Source: Mobula hypostoma (lineage: Eukaryota). From it: DNA of 64,000 bases. Made by a program: the position numbers and the translations under genes. A model generated the notes under the pieces. It was not told the DNA's origin and ran no database searches. It saw only the letters and a list, made by a program, of their open reading frames with translations. Location: contig NC_086097.1 in NCBI RefSeq assembly GCF_963921235.1, positions 175,462,001 through 175,526,000 of the forward strand, given 5' to 3'. Each line of letters begins with the position of its first letter. Within the stretch, counting starts at the first letter, position 1. This document shows positions 61,592 through 64,000 of the stretch, in pieces.

Positions 61592-63658
61592 ATGGTGAAT
61601 TGCAGGGGAACAGTTAAATGTAACAAGAAAATAAATTGAGGCATTTCAAACCATAGATTGAGGTGAATACTATTAGATTATGAAGACACATAGTCATCTT
61701 TTATTGTCATTTAGTAATGCATGCATTAAGAAATGATACATTATTTCCTCCGGTGTGATATCACAAAACACAGGACAGACCAAGACTGAATAAAAATTAC
61801 AAAACCACATAATTATAACATATAGTTACCAACAGTGCAACAATACCATAACTTGAAGTCCATGAGCATAGTAAAGTTTCAAAGTTTCTCAAATGTCCCA
61901 CATCTCATGCAGACGGGAGAAGGAAGAAAAACTCACCCTGCCATGCCGACCACAATCCGACTCTTGAGTCATCTGAAAACTTCGAGCTCTAATCAGCTGT
62001 CCAACACCGAGTACTGAGCGCCATCTCTGTCTGAACGATTTGACCTCCTTCTCGGTCGCCAAAAGCAGGCAAGGCTGGGGATTTTGAGGCCTACCCTCCG
62101 AAAGATTCACGACCACACAGTAATGACAGAAGCGAACGGACGTTTCAGAAATTTCTCCAGATGTTGCTCTGTGCTTTCATGTCTGTCTCCATCAAATCAG
62201 AATTGTCCACGGCCCCTATTTAACAGATACGGTATCATTTATCACCAGAGGGCTGCGCACACGCAGGCGTGCCGCCGTCTTCTCCTCCCGCCTACTATTG
62301 ATGCATTTAGAGAGAGTTGGAATAGTATGTATTGCAACAAGTATATAGACATGGAGTGAATTGCCTAAGTGGCTCCTGTGCTAGATTTTATGCAATTCTG
62401 AGACTACTTTCTCTTAATATGCATCTAAGAGCAGAATAGGTGTGAAATGCTTCCTGTAGTTACAGGGGGGAAAAGTCCAGCCTACCAATCTCTCCCTAAT
62501 TAGGTTCTCTAATCAGGACACCATCCTGGTGATTCTCTCCTCTCCAATGCAATCATGTCCTTCCTGCGGTGCGCCAATCAGAACTGCACACGTTCCTTCA
62601 TGTGCAGTCTAACCAGTTTTATTTTGGGGTGACGCATTCTGTAGGCTGGGTTAGTTTCCCCAGAGCAAAGGAATGACTGGCCAGACCAGTATAAAATTGA
62701 GGCATGTATACAATAGATACGAAGAAACTTCCCTCATTGTAGAGGGTCATCTAAAATGAGAGGCATTGATTTATAGTGAGGGAAGATGTTCAGAATGGAA
62801 AGATTCTGACTGCTGCCATGGTAGGTAGAAGAGGTAGATAAAATCACAACATTTAAAAGGCATCTATGCAGACATTTGAATAACTATGGCATGGAAGGCT
62901 GTAGTGGGCAAATGGGTGAGTATAGACAGGTATAGTTGGCATGCTGCACACGTGTGATTTTATGCTAAGCAGTTAACTGTTCAGGTCAGTGATCTTTCAT
63001 CAGGACTGAAGGTCATTTTCCAACTTGGATCTTCACACACTGACTGATTTTCCAGGTTATGATAAAAGATCATCAACCTTGAAACATGAGCTACTTTTTT
63101 CCCCTCTGTACAGATGCTTGATCTGAGGATTTGCTACATTTGCTGTTCAATAGAATATTTGATTTTATATGGAAGTTATTCAGTATTATTGCTCAAGTGT
63201 TCCATTTTCTATACATTTTTGTGCTGAGTAATTGGTGAAGGTGAAAAAAGTCATGTAAGTGGTATGAAGGATTGCCCTACTCGTCTAAAGAGCAGAATAT
63301 CGTAAGTTTAAAGTTTAAAATTCCAGGCAGCATGTAACTGAAGTACTGAAAACTATCGACTAAATGCTTAAATAGTGGTGATAATGTTGTTTTAAGCCTG
63401 TCTGTATGAAGTTATGCATATGCTGAACTCCTAGACCAGTTAATCACTTCCTGTCAATAAAATTAAATTTGTGGCTGTAGCCACACTGCAGAGGTACTCA
63501 ATGGCCAATGGTTGCAGTATCAGTGTGACTAATTCGACAGGCCAGTGTGAATATGTAATGTAAACCATAAATAACACCTTCAGGAGGTATCCAGCTGGCA
63601 TTATTTTTCTAATAGTTCATCAATATTTAATGGTGTTTCTAAATTCTATTCTTTTTAG

Positions 63659-63748
63659 CAACCACTCCCTGGTTTGAAGCCTACAGAGAATGCTTCTTCC
63701 AATCCATGCCTTCATCAGACCATGAGTTTCTACACCACTATTTGGCTT
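63659..63748 (+). CDS. TRAPPC8: TRAPPC8 coding exon 3 (not in the supplied ORF track)
   Basis: Acceptor TTCTTTTTAG; (A)TTPWFEAYRECFFQSMPSSDHEFLHHYLA(C) continues exon 2 in frame and matches TRAPPC8 ATTPWFESYRETFLQSMPASDHEFLNHYLAC; 90 nt. Confidence 0.95.
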
Positions 63749-63758
63749 GTATCCTTTT
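63749..63758 (+). promoter_or_regulatory. U12-type (minor spliceosome) 5' splice site of TRAPPC8 intron 3
   Basis: GTATCCTTTT immediately after exon 3 matches the U12 donor consensus RTATCCTTT. Confidence 0.88.
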
Positions 63759-64000
63759 TCTGAATTGTATGAATGTGGTCTGGACTGAATATGCTTATTC
63801 TGACAAGGTAAAATCAAAGTTCAAAGTACACTTATTATCAAAGTATGTATGAAATATATAGAACCCTGAGATCTGTCTCCTTACAGGCAGCCACATAACA
63901 AGAAACCTGAAAGAATCCATTTTTAAAAAGGAAAGGTATGTCGCATCCAGAGTTTCTCCAGTTAGTGGACGATATCCCTCCACGCCTCTCTGACGTAGTG

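Noticed and set aside
61670..62295. GC-rich-ended segment as a second promoter or exon
   Set aside because: It has a LINE-like simple-repeat tail on the minus strand (ATTAGATTATG...TTTATTGTCA) and looks like a non-autonomous retroposon; I see no coding match.

Overview
This is eukaryotic, repeat-rich vertebrate DNA, most likely a cartilaginous fish (shark or ray). That assignment is an inference from the V-SINE/HE1-like, CR1, Rex1 and Penelope repeat content. The window holds the CpG-island promoter and first three coding exons of TRAPPC8 on the + strand (13131-13287, 22915-23109, 63659-63748). Introns 1 and 2 are 9.6 kb and 40.5 kb, and a U12-type (minor spliceosome) donor follows exon 3. 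Upstream lies an intron-containing SPATA2-family (PUB-like domain) gene with in-frame stops. Its position next to TRAPPC8 suggests an extra whole-genome-duplication paralog of SPATA2/SPATA2L. The rest is mostly nested transposons: Penelope-like elements (PLEs), CR1, Rex1/Babar, V-SINEs, a solo LTR, hAT/Buster, Tc1, Tigger, Harbinger and Chapaev3. Three observations stand out. (1) Minimal hammerhead-ribozyme motifs occur in the PLE 3' tails and in short non-autonomous derivatives. (2) A TSD-flanked ~2 kb inverted PLE insertion has eight tandem 41-nt copies of its own template at the inversion point, resembling reiterative (telomerase-like) reverse transcription. (3) The SPATA2-family relic. Boundaries of old repeats are approximate. 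Family assignments come from motif recognition, not database searches.
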